Sequence record: SRR20825019_2807
DNA length: 43,375 nucleotides
Strand: one strand, 5' to 3'
This document shows, piece by piece, positions 34,753 through 43,375 of the stretch. Position 1 is the stretch's first letter, and each line of letters opens with the position of its first letter. Made by a program: the position numbers and the translations under genes. The notes below the pieces were generated by a model. That model had not been told where the DNA came from and searched no databases. It worked only from the letters and a program-made list of their open reading frames with translations.

Positions 34753-35547
34753 TCACTTGTCGTATTGTGAAAGGTTATTACTACCGATCATCGATTGAAT
34801 CTCGGCAATGTAGGCCGAACCACGCTCGGAATACGACATGAGGCCATTGGCCAGGGCATAACCGGAAATCGTGGCGTTCCGGGAGCGCAGACTCGCACGA
34901 ACATTCCGCAGCTGACGATAGCTGTTCTGCGTATTGAGATTGTGCACATAGGCTTCGACCGAAGCGCGAGGTGTCGGATAGACAGCGACGGTAAACGTAT
35001 GCCCCCGCTTGCGTCTTTTCGGCACCATGCCACTGCCATCGTTGGTATGCATGCCGAACAGGTTATTGCCCTTACGCGCAAACCGTGAACTGCCCCAGCC
35101 CGATTCGTTGGCAGCCTGCGCCAGCACGAGCGAAGGCGCGATGATATCCACCCGCTTAAGCACCATCGTCGCAAAATCCTCATCCACTTGATCAGGGATA
35201 TCCTCAAAATCATATTCCTCGGCCACCCGCTTCAAAAACCGATCATCAAAGAAACCCGCCGAATCACTATCGCTAAGCTGTTTGCTGATTTTCAGAAGTC
35301 GTTCGCGATCCTTCAGGATATCTCCGTTTACGTCCTCAATCAGGGGCAATAGATAACCGAAAAATGCCTCTTTCTTATCCGTGACATTCGCATGATCCGA
35401 AAAATCGGGTAAGGATTCCGTCGTCAGGTTTCGCCATCCCAACCAGACCCCCAAGACAACGATAACCGCCAAGAGAATCCGGCGGCCCTGCGGAGACCGC
35501 CACAACTGTCTCGCCCATGCGAGAATCGTTGTGGTCGGGGCGTTCAT
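34753..35547 (-). CDS. Bax-like GH73 glucosaminidase domain protein
   Basis: 'KKEAFFGYLLP', 'RVDIIAPSLVLAQAANESGWGSSRFARKGNNLFG', 'YSERGSAY'. Confidence 0.9.
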   Translation of the reverse strand: MNAPTTTILAWARQLWRSPQGRRILLAVIVVLGVWLGWRNLTTESLPDFSDHANVTDKKEAFFGYLLPLIEDVNGDILKDRERLLKISKQLSDSDSAGFFDDRFLKRVAEEYDFEDIPDQVDEDFATMVLKRVDIIAPSLVLAQAANESGWGSSRFARKGNNLFGMHTNDGSGMVPKRRKRGHTFTVAVYPTPRASVEAYVHNLNTQNSYRQLRNVRASLRSRNATISGYALANGLMSYSERGSAYIAEIQSMIGSNNLSQYDK

Positions 35548-35552
35548 CGACC

Positions 35553-35942
35553 TCAGCCTTTAATCTTTTTAAGGTGGAGGAAGAGTTTTCCGTCCGCCCA
35601 ATATTCGATATATTTGGCGGAGGTTTGCACGCGATCCGTCCACATATTAGCCGCACGACCGGAATTTTCCTGAGCCACCAATTCCTCATCACCCGTAAAC
35701 CATTTCCGGTATTGAGCGCCTTCCGCCATCGAGATGCGTAACACAAGCTGTGTGTCGGTTTTGTCCGCTTGGAACATGATAAAGATATCGCCCACGCCAT
35801 CGACCTTCACGCCCTGCAACATATCGTGATCATAGGTAATGGCCTCATAGGGACCGAAGACAGGATTAGCCTCCTGCGCCGAAAGAACTGACCCCAATCC
35901 GATGATAGTTAACAACGCAATTAAACGGGATAGTTTTAACAT
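35553..35942 (-). CDS. Secreted hypothetical protein
   Basis: Signal peptide from ATG 35942; lies in an apparent operon between cinA and the GH73 gene. Confidence 0.65.
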   Translation of the reverse strand: MLKLSRLIALLTIIGLGSVLSAQEANPVFGPYEAITYDHDMLQGVKVDGVGDIFIMFQADKTDTQLVLRISMAEGAQYRKWFTGDEELVAQENSGRAANMWTDRVQTSAKYIEYWADGKLFLHLKKIKG

Positions 35943-35993
35943 ATCACGTATCCTGACAGTCCAACCGGGCACTGGCAAGCGCCGTCCTTCACC

Positions 35994-37310
35994 TCACTGC
36001 ATCGCCGTGATCCGGCGCGACGGCCCCTCACGGCCCGACTGCGCGCGCACGAGTTCGCGGCGCAACCAATCCAGCGCAATGTTCACCGCGCGCACCATCA
36101 CCGTGCGGCGCGGGCCGGGATAATTCAGCTTCTTCGACCACACACCATGCGGCGCGTGCAACGCGACAAAGATCGTCCCCACCGGGTTTTCTTTGGTGCC
36201 CGCACAGGGCCCGGTAAATCCGGTAATCGCGATACCGTAATCCGCCCCGAGCGTTTCCGAAACGCCCGTCGCCAACGCCACGGAACACTCCGCGCTCACC
36301 GCACCGTGTTGCGAAATCAGGCATTCCGGACAATCGAGCAGCGTCATTTTCGCATCATTGGAATAACACACCACGCCGCCCATGAAACTTTTGGCCGCTC
36401 CGCAAATATCCGTAAACGCATTCGCGAGTCGTCCGCCCGAAGCTGTCTCCGCCACCGCGAGAGTTTTCTCCTGAGCCCGCAACAAATCGACGCACACCTT
36501 CGCCATCGAATCGTCGCCATAACACATGAAATCCTCCCCGAGCAACGCCACGCATTCCGACGCAATTTCCCTGATCTGCACTTCGGTTAGATGGCCGCTG
36601 GGCGAACTCAGGCGGCAATCCACCTGCCCCTGATGCGCACAAAAGGCCACGTTCAATGCCGCGCCGTGGAAATCGAAGATCGGCTGCAGTTTCGTTTCGA
36701 GGGCCGATTCGCCGATTCCCGAAGTGCGGATCTGCACGTAAGCCTCATGGTCGAGCAACAGCCCGAGCGCGGCCAGGCGCGGAATCACCTGCTCGACAAA
36801 CATCGGCTGCAATTCGTTCGGTGGGCCGGGTAGCATGCAGAGCACCTTGCCGTCCTTTTCCACCCAGAGACCAGGTGCGGTGCCATTCGCATTGGGGAGC
36901 ACATCGCCGTGCTCAAATTTGTAAGCCTGCTTGAGATTGTTATCCGTCATTTTGCGGCCGAGTCGATTAAACCGCTCCGCCATCGCCGCCTCGCTGGCCG
37001 GATCGAGCACAAGTTTCTGATTGAGCACTCCCGCAATCACTTCGCGCGTGCGATCATCACAAGTCGGTCCAAGCCCGCCCGTCGTGATAATCACATCCGA
37101 TTGAGCCCAGCTTTCCTTGAACTGTCGCACAATCGATTCCGCCTCATCGGTAATCGTGACGTTGCGGCCCAACTGCACACCCCGACGGCCGAGTTGCGCG
37201 CCGATAAACGTGAGATGTCCGTTGGCCGTCAGCCCTAGCAGGAGCTCATCTCCGAGCGTGATCAGCTCAAAGCGTTTGGTCGTGGATGAGGAGGGACTTG
37301 ATGAAACCAT
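35994..37310 (-). CDS. cinA: CinA family protein (molybdopterin-binding-like domain + PncC-like domain)
   Basis: 'GDELLLG', 'TGGLGPT.DD.T', 'NGTAPG', 'LPGPPNE', 'HGAVS'. Confidence 0.92.
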   Translation of the reverse strand: MVSSSPSSSTTKRFELITLGDELLLGLTANGHLTFIGAQLGRRGVQLGRNVTITDEAESIVRQFKESWAQSDVIITTGGLGPTCDDRTREVIAGVLNQKLVLDPASEAAMAERFNRLGRKMTDNNLKQAYKFEHGDVLPNANGTAPGLWVEKDGKVLCMLPGPPNELQPMFVEQVIPRLAALGLLLDHEAYVQIRTSGIGESALETKLQPIFDFHGAALNVAFCAHQGQVDCRLSSPSGHLTEVQIREIASECVALLGEDFMCYGDDSMAKVCVDLLRAQEKTLAVAETASGGRLANAFTDICGAAKSFMGGVVCYSNDAKMTLLDCPECLISQHGAVSAECSVALATGVSETLGADYGIAITGFTGPCAGTKENPVGTIFVALHAPHGVWSKKLNYPGPRRTVMVRAVNIALDWLRRELVRAQSGREGPSRRITAMQ

Positions 37311-37346
37311 ACTTGCGAGAAATACAATTAGGCCGATTTTGAAAAA

Positions 37347-37913
37347 ATGCCAGCTGAAGAACCAAATGCCTCCGGCTCGCCCCCTTCAACCTTGAAGCCC
37401 CCGTTCGCCATCCTCCTCAACGGCACCTCCAGTGCGGGCAAGTCCAGCCTCGCCCGCGCCCTGCAATCACGGATCGGCATTCCGCTGCTGCACGCTTCCC
37501 TCGATACGTTCACCGATATGTATGCGTGGGATGCCATTTCTAACTCCGAGATCAGGAAACAATGTCACGCCAACGGAGTGAGCAATTTCCATCACGCGCT
37601 CCAACACATCGCCTCCGGCCCCCACTCCATCGTCATCGATCATATCTTCGAACAACCCGCATGGTATGAAGCGACCCTTCATGCCCTCGATGGACTTCAC
37701 ATTTATTTCGTCGGTTTGCACTGCCCGCTAACGGTTCTCACCGCACGTGAAAACAAGCGCCCCGACCGTCGGCCCGGCTTGGCTGCACTCCAATTGAATC
37801 GAGTTCATCAGAACATGTCCTACGACTTGGAAATCGATACTTCCCGGGAAACTCCCGAATCCGGCGCCGACAAAATCCTTACCTTTATTCGGGAAACTCC
37901 ACCGGTCACATGA
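37347..37913 (+). CDS. Chloramphenicol phosphotransferase-like P-loop kinase
   Basis: 'LLNGTSSAGKSSLARALQ', 'VGLHCPL..L..RE..R.DR..GLA', 'YDLEIDTS'. Confidence 0.85.
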   Translation: MPAEEPNASGSPPSTLKPPFAILLNGTSSAGKSSLARALQSRIGIPLLHASLDTFTDMYAWDAISNSEIRKQCHANGVSNFHHALQHIASGPHSIVIDHIFEQPAWYEATLHALDGLHIYFVGLHCPLTVLTARENKRPDRRPGLAALQLNRVHQNMSYDLEIDTSRETPESGADKILTFIRETPPVT

Positions 37914-39400
37914 GCGCCGCCGTCAACCTCAAAGAAAAAGTGCGCGCGCTGCCGAACAAGCCCGGCGTGTATTTAATGAAGGACCGCCTCGGTCGGATCA
38001 TCTACGTCGGCAAGGCCAAGATGCTCAAAAAGCGCGTGTCGTCCTATTTCCAACGCGGTCGCGCACGAGCGATCGCGCAGCCGAAAATCCGCGCGCTCAT
38101 CAGCCACATCCATGATTTCGACATCATCGAAGTGAAGTCCGAGCCCGAAGCCCTGCTGCTCGAAAGCAATCTGATCAAACAGTGGAAGCCCCGCTACAAT
38201 ACCGATTTCACCGATGATAAACGCTTCCTCATCGTGCGCGTCGATCTCTCGCAGGAACTGCCGCGCTTCACCCTCACACGGATCCGCAAGGATCAACGCT
38301 CACGCTACTTCGGCCCGTTTCCGCATTCGAGTCTGCTCCGCAAAACCCTGTCGCAGATGCGCCAGAAATTCGGCGTGCTCCTCGCCGACGGCACGCCGCA
38401 AAAACAACCCGACGGACGCTGGCAACTCTACGACGACGTGCGCCAGGAAATTTACGGTCACGACAATCTCGTTTCCACCACCGGCTATCGACATCGCGTT
38501 GATGAAGCCTGCGAGTTTCTCCAGGGAAAGTCGCACGAATGGCTCGAGAGTCTGCGTCACGAAATGCAGACCGCCGCAACCAAGCTCCAATTCGAAAAAG
38601 CCGCCGAACTCCGCGATGTGATCGCCGCGCTCGAAGGCACTTTGCACCGCACGCGCAAATTCGAACGCGATCAGACGCTTCTGCGCAGCGATCAAGAAGC
38701 CCTCACCACCCTCGAAAAGGAACTGAAACTCAACGCACTTCCCCACAACATAGAGTGCTTTGATATCTCCCACATCTCCGGCACCTTCGTCGTCGCTTCG
38801 ATGGTGCATTTCACCGAAGGACGTCCCGACAAAGACCAATACCGTCGCTTCAAAATCAAGAGCTTCATCGGCAACGATGATTACCGCGCCATGGAGGAAG
38901 TCGTCGGTCGACGCTATCGACGGCTCGCCGTCGAAAACAAACCGATGCCCGATCTCGTGGTGATCGATGGTGGCCGCGGCCAGATCGCCGCCGCCCTCAA
39001 GGCGTTTATCGCCATCGGAGTCGAACCGCCCGCCCTCATCGGCCTCGCGAAGAAACACGAAACGATCATCTTCCCCGACGAACGCGATCCCCTGAATCTC
39101 TCGATCAACGATCCCGGACTGAATCTACTCCAACGCCTGCGCGACGAAGCCCATCGGTTCGCCAATACTTACAACGCCGATCTGCGTTCCAAGAAGCTCC
39201 GCGAAAGCATCCTCGATGATTTTCCCGGCCTCGGCCCCAAACGTCGCACCGCCCTGCTCGCCCACTTCGGTTCCATCGACAAACTACGTCAAGCGAGCGC
39301 CCTCGAAATCGCCGACACCGAAGGCATCGGCCTAAAATTCGCCAGCGAACTCCACACCTTCCTCCACGCCAAAAACACATCGGCCGCGCCGCAAGAGTAA
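37910..39400 (+). CDS. uvrC: Excinuclease ABC subunit C
   Basis: GIY-YIG 'PGVYLMKD..IIYVGKAK', UVR 'FEKAAELRD', 'IECFDISH', 'IDGGRGQ', 'RDEAHRFA', HhH 'GLGPKRR'. Confidence 0.97.
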   Translation: MSAAVNLKEKVRALPNKPGVYLMKDRLGRIIYVGKAKMLKKRVSSYFQRGRARAIAQPKIRALISHIHDFDIIEVKSEPEALLLESNLIKQWKPRYNTDFTDDKRFLIVRVDLSQELPRFTLTRIRKDQRSRYFGPFPHSSLLRKTLSQMRQKFGVLLADGTPQKQPDGRWQLYDDVRQEIYGHDNLVSTTGYRHRVDEACEFLQGKSHEWLESLRHEMQTAATKLQFEKAAELRDVIAALEGTLHRTRKFERDQTLLRSDQEALTTLEKELKLNALPHNIECFDISHISGTFVVASMVHFTEGRPDKDQYRRFKIKSFIGNDDYRAMEEVVGRRYRRLAVENKPMPDLVVIDGGRGQIAAALKAFIAIGVEPPALIGLAKKHETIIFPDERDPLNLSINDPGLNLLQRLRDEAHRFANTYNADLRSKKLRESILDDFPGLGPKRRTALLAHFGSIDKLRQASALEIADTEGIGLKFASELHTFLHAKNTSAAPQE

Positions 39401-39474
39401 CCCAATAGGTTACTTTCCCTCTTGGCGACACCTCGGGTTCTCATGACTGAAGTGTAACCAGGCTGGTTACACTT
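39396..39474. promoter_or_regulatory. Pair of GTAAC-N7-GTTAC palindromes related to the 21-bp sites
   Basis: AGTAACCCAATAGGTTACT (39396-39414) and perfect AAGTGTAACCAG-G-CTGGTTACACTT (39450-39474). Confidence 0.6.
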
Positions 39475-39523
39475 TCATGAATGGTTTTCTTGTGATGCGG
39501 ATTGATTCAGCGATGGTGACAGC

Positions 39524-39922
39524 ATGCAGCGAACAGGTCCCGAAATGAAGCGGCTGAACCGGCATTTCTGGTTGGTGGAACCTCTCGAAGCCGATCCCGC
39601 TTACCTGCTCAAATCGATGTTCGGCAGCAAAGCGGTCTATTGGGATGGACGCATGGTGCTGCTGCTCGCCGACAAACAGGAACCGTGGCGCGGGGTCCTC
39701 GTGCCGATGGAGCGTGAACAGCACGCCGCGCTCATTGAATCACTCCCTTCGCTCGCACCGCATCCCGTGCTGCCCAAGTGGCTTTATCTGCCGGAAACCG
39801 CCGACTCTTTTGAAACCGACGCGCAGTGGCTCGTGCAGCAGATTAAGAAACGCGACCTTCGTATCGGCATCGTGCCACCCGCTTCGAAAAAGAAACGTCC
39901 ACGCAAAGATTTTAATCCCTGA
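39524..39922 (+). CDS. TfoX N-terminal-like hypothetical protein
   Basis: 'LKSMFGSKAVYWDGRMVLLL' resembles the TfoX_N 'R.MFGG.G.Y.DG' motif. Confidence 0.55.
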   Translation: MQRTGPEMKRLNRHFWLVEPLEADPAYLLKSMFGSKAVYWDGRMVLLLADKQEPWRGVLVPMEREQHAALIESLPSLAPHPVLPKWLYLPETADSFETDAQWLVQQIKKRDLRIGIVPPASKKKRPRKDFNP

Positions 39923-39929
39923 TCGTCCC

Positions 39930-40025
39930 TCATGGCGGAGCCGACTGCGGCAATCCATCCGAGCACTTATCGCTTACATCCGCCCGTGTTCGTGGATCGC
40001 CACGCCCTTCGGGCTCGCGATGACA
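39930..40025. repeat. REP/REPIN-like palindromic element
   Basis: GCGGCAATCCA ... TGGATCGCCACGCCCTTCGGGCTCGCGATGAC imperfect inverted ends, intergenic. Confidence 0.5.
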
Positions 40026-40050
40026 CTATACATTCCCAAACTCTCCGCAC

Positions 40051-41526
40051 ATGCCTGACCTGACCCTCGCCCCACTTTTTTGCAATCATGCCGTGCTTCA
40101 GCGCGACCGGAAGGTTCCCGTTTGGGGGCGTGCCGCACCGGGCGAAAAAATCACCGTCTCGTTTCGTGATCAGAAATACGGCACCACCGCTAATTCGGAG
40201 GGACGTTGGACGGTTTCACTCGATCCGCTTCCGGCTTCATTGGAGCCTGTCGACCTCACCGTCTCGGGAAACACGACCATGGTTGTGCGCGATGTGCTCG
40301 TCGGCGAAGTGTGGCTCGCCACCGGCCAATCCAACATGCATCGGCCGGTCACTAGTCTACCGGATGCGGAAGCGGTGCTTGCCAAAATTAACCAACCGCA
40401 CATCCGGCATATCAACATCGCCCTCACCACGGCCGATGCGCCGGCCGAGTCCGTGGAGACGAGCGGCTGGTTGAGCGCTACTCCGGAAACGGCCGGGGAT
40501 TTCAGTGCCATCGCTTGGTTCTTCTCAGCGGAACTTCAGCCCAAGTTAAACGTGCCCATCGGTATCATTCACAGCTCGTGGGGCGGCAGTAATATCGAGG
40601 CATGGATTGACGAGGCCACCCTGCAGTCCACCTCCGCATGGCCGAAGCTCAAGCAACGTTGGGACTACCTACTCGAAAACTTTGACACGATTAAAACCGA
40701 TTGGGAGGCATGGGTAAAAGGTGATGAAACCGCCAAGGCCGGAGGACCGAAAAACCCGCTGCCCCGCCCCGCCCTTATGCCGATGGCGCACGGCACTCAG
40801 CGCCAATTGAGCGGTCTCTTCAACGGTATGCTCGCACCGCTCCAACCCTACGCGATTCGCGGCAACCTCTGGTATCAGGGCGAAGCCAACTGGGATCGCC
40901 CCGACGAATACGCGGAAATTTTTCCCGCGATGATCAAGGCCTGGCGTGCCCAGTGGGGCCAAGGCGATTTTCCCTTCTACTTCGTCCAACTACCCAACTA
41001 CACCGACGAACGCGATCCCACGGGTGCCCGCTGGCCTTGGATCCGCGAGGCGCAGACCAGTGCGCTCGATCTGCCGAATACCGGGATGGCCGTGACGATT
41101 GATTCCGGTGACAACGACGACATCCATCCGCAAAACAAACCCATTGTCGGAGATCGCCTCGCGCGCCTCGCCACGGTCCACACTTACGGCATCGAGTGTG
41201 AATGGAGCGGACCTGTTTTCAAATCCACCGAGCGCGAAGGCGCGACCCTGCGCGTGCGATTCGAACACGCGGACACCGGCCTGAATGCCAAGGGTGGTGA
41301 ACTCCAATCATTCGAAATCGCGGGTGCTGATCAGCAATTCCATCCCGCCACCGCCAACCTCGACGGCAGCACCATCATCGTGGAATCTCCCGATGTTTCC
41401 GAGCCGATCGCCGTGCGCTACGCATGGAACAATATCCCCACCGCCAACCTCTATAATGGTGCCGGCCTCCCCACCGCACCCTTCCGCAGCGACGACTGGA
41501 AGCCTCCATCCTGCAACCACGAATAG
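40051..41526 (+). CDS. Sialate O-acetylesterase family (SGNH) carbohydrate esterase
   Basis: 'VLQRD..VPVWG', 'GEVWLATGQSNM', 'WGGS.IEAW', 'WYQGEAN', 'DIHPQNK'. Confidence 0.92.
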   Translation: MPDLTLAPLFCNHAVLQRDRKVPVWGRAAPGEKITVSFRDQKYGTTANSEGRWTVSLDPLPASLEPVDLTVSGNTTMVVRDVLVGEVWLATGQSNMHRPVTSLPDAEAVLAKINQPHIRHINIALTTADAPAESVETSGWLSATPETAGDFSAIAWFFSAELQPKLNVPIGIIHSSWGGSNIEAWIDEATLQSTSAWPKLKQRWDYLLENFDTIKTDWEAWVKGDETAKAGGPKNPLPRPALMPMAHGTQRQLSGLFNGMLAPLQPYAIRGNLWYQGEANWDRPDEYAEIFPAMIKAWRAQWGQGDFPFYFVQLPNYTDERDPTGARWPWIREAQTSALDLPNTGMAVTIDSGDNDDIHPQNKPIVGDRLARLATVHTYGIECEWSGPVFKSTEREGATLRVRFEHADTGLNAKGGELQSFEIAGADQQFHPATANLDGSTIIVESPDVSEPIAVRYAWNNIPTANLYNGAGLPTAPFRSDDWKPPSCNHE

Positions 41527-41618
41527 ACACGCACGAACGCGAATGTGAGATCTGAAATGAATCATCTAACTCGATTCAGGGTTTGGTCATTCGTGAGAAT
41601 TCGCGTTCATTCGTGGTT
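41515..41618. repeat. Miniature inverted-repeat element built from CACGAAT/CGCGAAT subrepeats
   Basis: Ends AACCACGAAT (41515-41524)/ATTCGTGGTT (41609-41618); internal GAACGCGAAT/ATTCGCGTTC. Confidence 0.7.
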
Positions 41619-41682
41619 AATAAAAATTCCCCCTAATAAACCTCCAATTCGTCCGTCGTGATATCGTTAACTCATTAATGGC

Positions 41683-43329
41683 ATGAAAAAAATCCTCTTC
41701 CTTCTCACCGCGGCGATCATCACGCCGCTCGCACTCAGCGCCGCCGCCGTTTCCTCGCAGATCGACGCCGTCACTGTTTACGCCGACCGCGCGGTCGTCA
41801 CCCGCACCGGCGAGGTCCGCCTCACTCCGGGAATCAACGAACTCGTTTTCGAGAACCTTCCCGCCGGGCTGCTTGATCAATCGCTCCAAGTCAGCGGCAC
41901 CGGAACGGTCAACACGACCATCCTCGATGTCACCGCCCGACAGACTTATCTCGCCGCCACCCCTGATCCGCGTCGCAAGGACCTCGAAGACCAGATCGCC
42001 AACCTGCGCGAACAGGATCGCACGCTGATTGACCGGATCACCATCGTTCGCGGTCAAAGCAATCTCATCACCAAGCTCCAATCGAGCGCCGTCGAACTTG
42101 GCACCGGCGAAAATTCCGAACGCCCGAAACTTGAAGACGTGAAAAACGTGCTCGAGTTCGGACAGAAACAATTACTCGACCTTGCCGCCCAACAACAGGA
42201 TCTGGAAAGCCAGCGCGCCGATCTTCAGTCCGAAATCGCCGCCCTCCAACAGCAACTCAACGATCTGCGTGGCACGGGAGCACGCAGTGTGAAAAACGTC
42301 ATCGTGCGCGTGCAGGCCAGCGCCGCCGGCACCTTCAACGCCAAGCTCAACTACACCGTCCACGGCGCGAGCTGGTCACCCAGCTACGACGCCCGGGTGA
42401 TCACCGGCGAAAAGGCCGTGCAATTCGGCTACTTCGGCAACGTCCGCCAATCGACCGGCGAAGATTGGAACAACGTCGCCCTCACTCTCTCCACCGCGCG
42501 CCCTTCGCTCGGCGGCGCTGCACCGGAGTTGGTCGTGTGGGATTTGAATGTGTGGGAGCCGCAAACTGAGTATCTACTCAGGCAAGAGGCCATGAGCGAT
42601 GCAATGGCAGCTAAAGACTATGGCCAAATGAAACTTAGCGCACCGCGGGCAGCTACTCGTATTGGCATGGAAATCCAAAGTGCTTCGGCTCAAGCCACCG
42701 TCGAGTCCGGCACCACCAGCGCAACCTTCAAGATCGCCGTGCCTTCCAGTGTGCCGAGTGACAATACCGCACAAAAAGTGCCCGTCACCAGCGCGCGTCT
42801 CAATGCGATCACCGAATACGCGACGACTCCGAAATTACAGACCACTGCGTTCCTCAGCGCACGCGTGATCAACACGACGGATTACCCTCTGCTCAACGGT
42901 GCGATGAACGTCTTCCTCGATGGCACCTTCGTCGCCACCAGCCGACTCGATACCACGATGCCAAAGGAAAAATTCGAACTCGCGCTCGGAGCCGACGAAG
43001 GCATCCGCGTCGAACACAAGCGTGTGAATAAGTTCGCCGAAGAGACCGGTATGTTCAGCAAGGATAACCGGATCACCTACGACTATCTCATCACGATTGA
43101 AAACAACAAGCAGACCGCCGAACGCATCATCGTCAGCGATCAGGTGCCGGTTTCCCGCAACGAAAAGATCGTCGTCAAAGTGCAGACACCTCCCGTCAAA
43201 GAGCTCAAGCCCGACGACGAAGGTAAGCTCAAATGGACGCTCAACCTGCAACCCGGCGAGAAGCGTGAACTCACCATCAAGTTCACCGTCGACTATCCCG
43301 CAGATGTGAAAGTCGACGGGCTGGAATAA
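41683..43329 (+). CDS. MuiA/DUF4139-DUF4140 family secreted protein
   Basis: Signal peptide, 'AVTVYADRAVVTR', 'ASWSPSYDAR', 'QSTGEDW..V.LTLST.RP', 'DQVPVS'. Confidence 0.88.
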   Translation: MKKILFLLTAAIITPLALSAAAVSSQIDAVTVYADRAVVTRTGEVRLTPGINELVFENLPAGLLDQSLQVSGTGTVNTTILDVTARQTYLAATPDPRRKDLEDQIANLREQDRTLIDRITIVRGQSNLITKLQSSAVELGTGENSERPKLEDVKNVLEFGQKQLLDLAAQQQDLESQRADLQSEIAALQQQLNDLRGTGARSVKNVIVRVQASAAGTFNAKLNYTVHGASWSPSYDARVITGEKAVQFGYFGNVRQSTGEDWNNVALTLSTARPSLGGAAPELVVWDLNVWEPQTEYLLRQEAMSDAMAAKDYGQMKLSAPRAATRIGMEIQSASAQATVESGTTSATFKIAVPSSVPSDNTAQKVPVTSARLNAITEYATTPKLQTTAFLSARVINTTDYPLLNGAMNVFLDGTFVATSRLDTTMPKEKFELALGADEGIRVEHKRVNKFAEETGMFSKDNRITYDYLITIENNKQTAERIIVSDQVPVSRNEKIVVKVQTPPVKELKPDDEGKLKWTLNLQPGEKRELTIKFTVDYPADVKVDGLE

Positions 43330-43349
43330 TGTGAACATCAGCTCTGATT

Positions 43350-43375
43350 GTAGGGCGGGGTCTCCGAACCCCGCC
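43350..43375 (+). repeat. GTAG-type REP-like hairpin at the window end
   Basis: GTAG + GGCGGGGT-ctccga-ACCCCGCC. Confidence 0.55.

Overview
A GC-rich bacterial chromosomal window, probably Verrucomicrobiota/Opitutaceae-like (inferred from a PEP-CTERM protein, sulfatases and REP-like repeats). It holds about 40 CDSs and one tRNA-Glu(TTC). Core genes (purC, cinA, uvrC, FKBP PPIase) are mixed with accessory genes. Two candidate undescribed systems stand out. (1) At 34131-34728, a small XRE/Cro-like HTH gene is enclosed by four identical 21-bp palindromic sites (ATGTCAC-CTATTAA-GTGACAT) arranged as nested inverted pairs; two related GTMAC-N7-GTKAC sites lie just after uvrC. (2) At 1836-11472, a cluster encodes two DUF697 paralogues, a 59-aa membrane protein missing from the ORF track, an orphan PotD-like lipoprotein, an SPFH protein, a PvdE/SyrD-type peptide exporter, a TonB receptor and an RhtX-like MFS. 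Its two divergent promoter regions share motifs, and no biosynthetic genes are present. The window also shows insertion scars: a 17-bp duplicated gene start (MEPRIS) around a 1114-aa lyase-like gene, a decayed copy of part of the FKBP gene beyond a six-BON-domain gene, and an orphan oxidoreductase-like C-terminus. No CRISPR array, integrase or transposase was seen. All family assignments come from motif recognition by eye, not from database searches.
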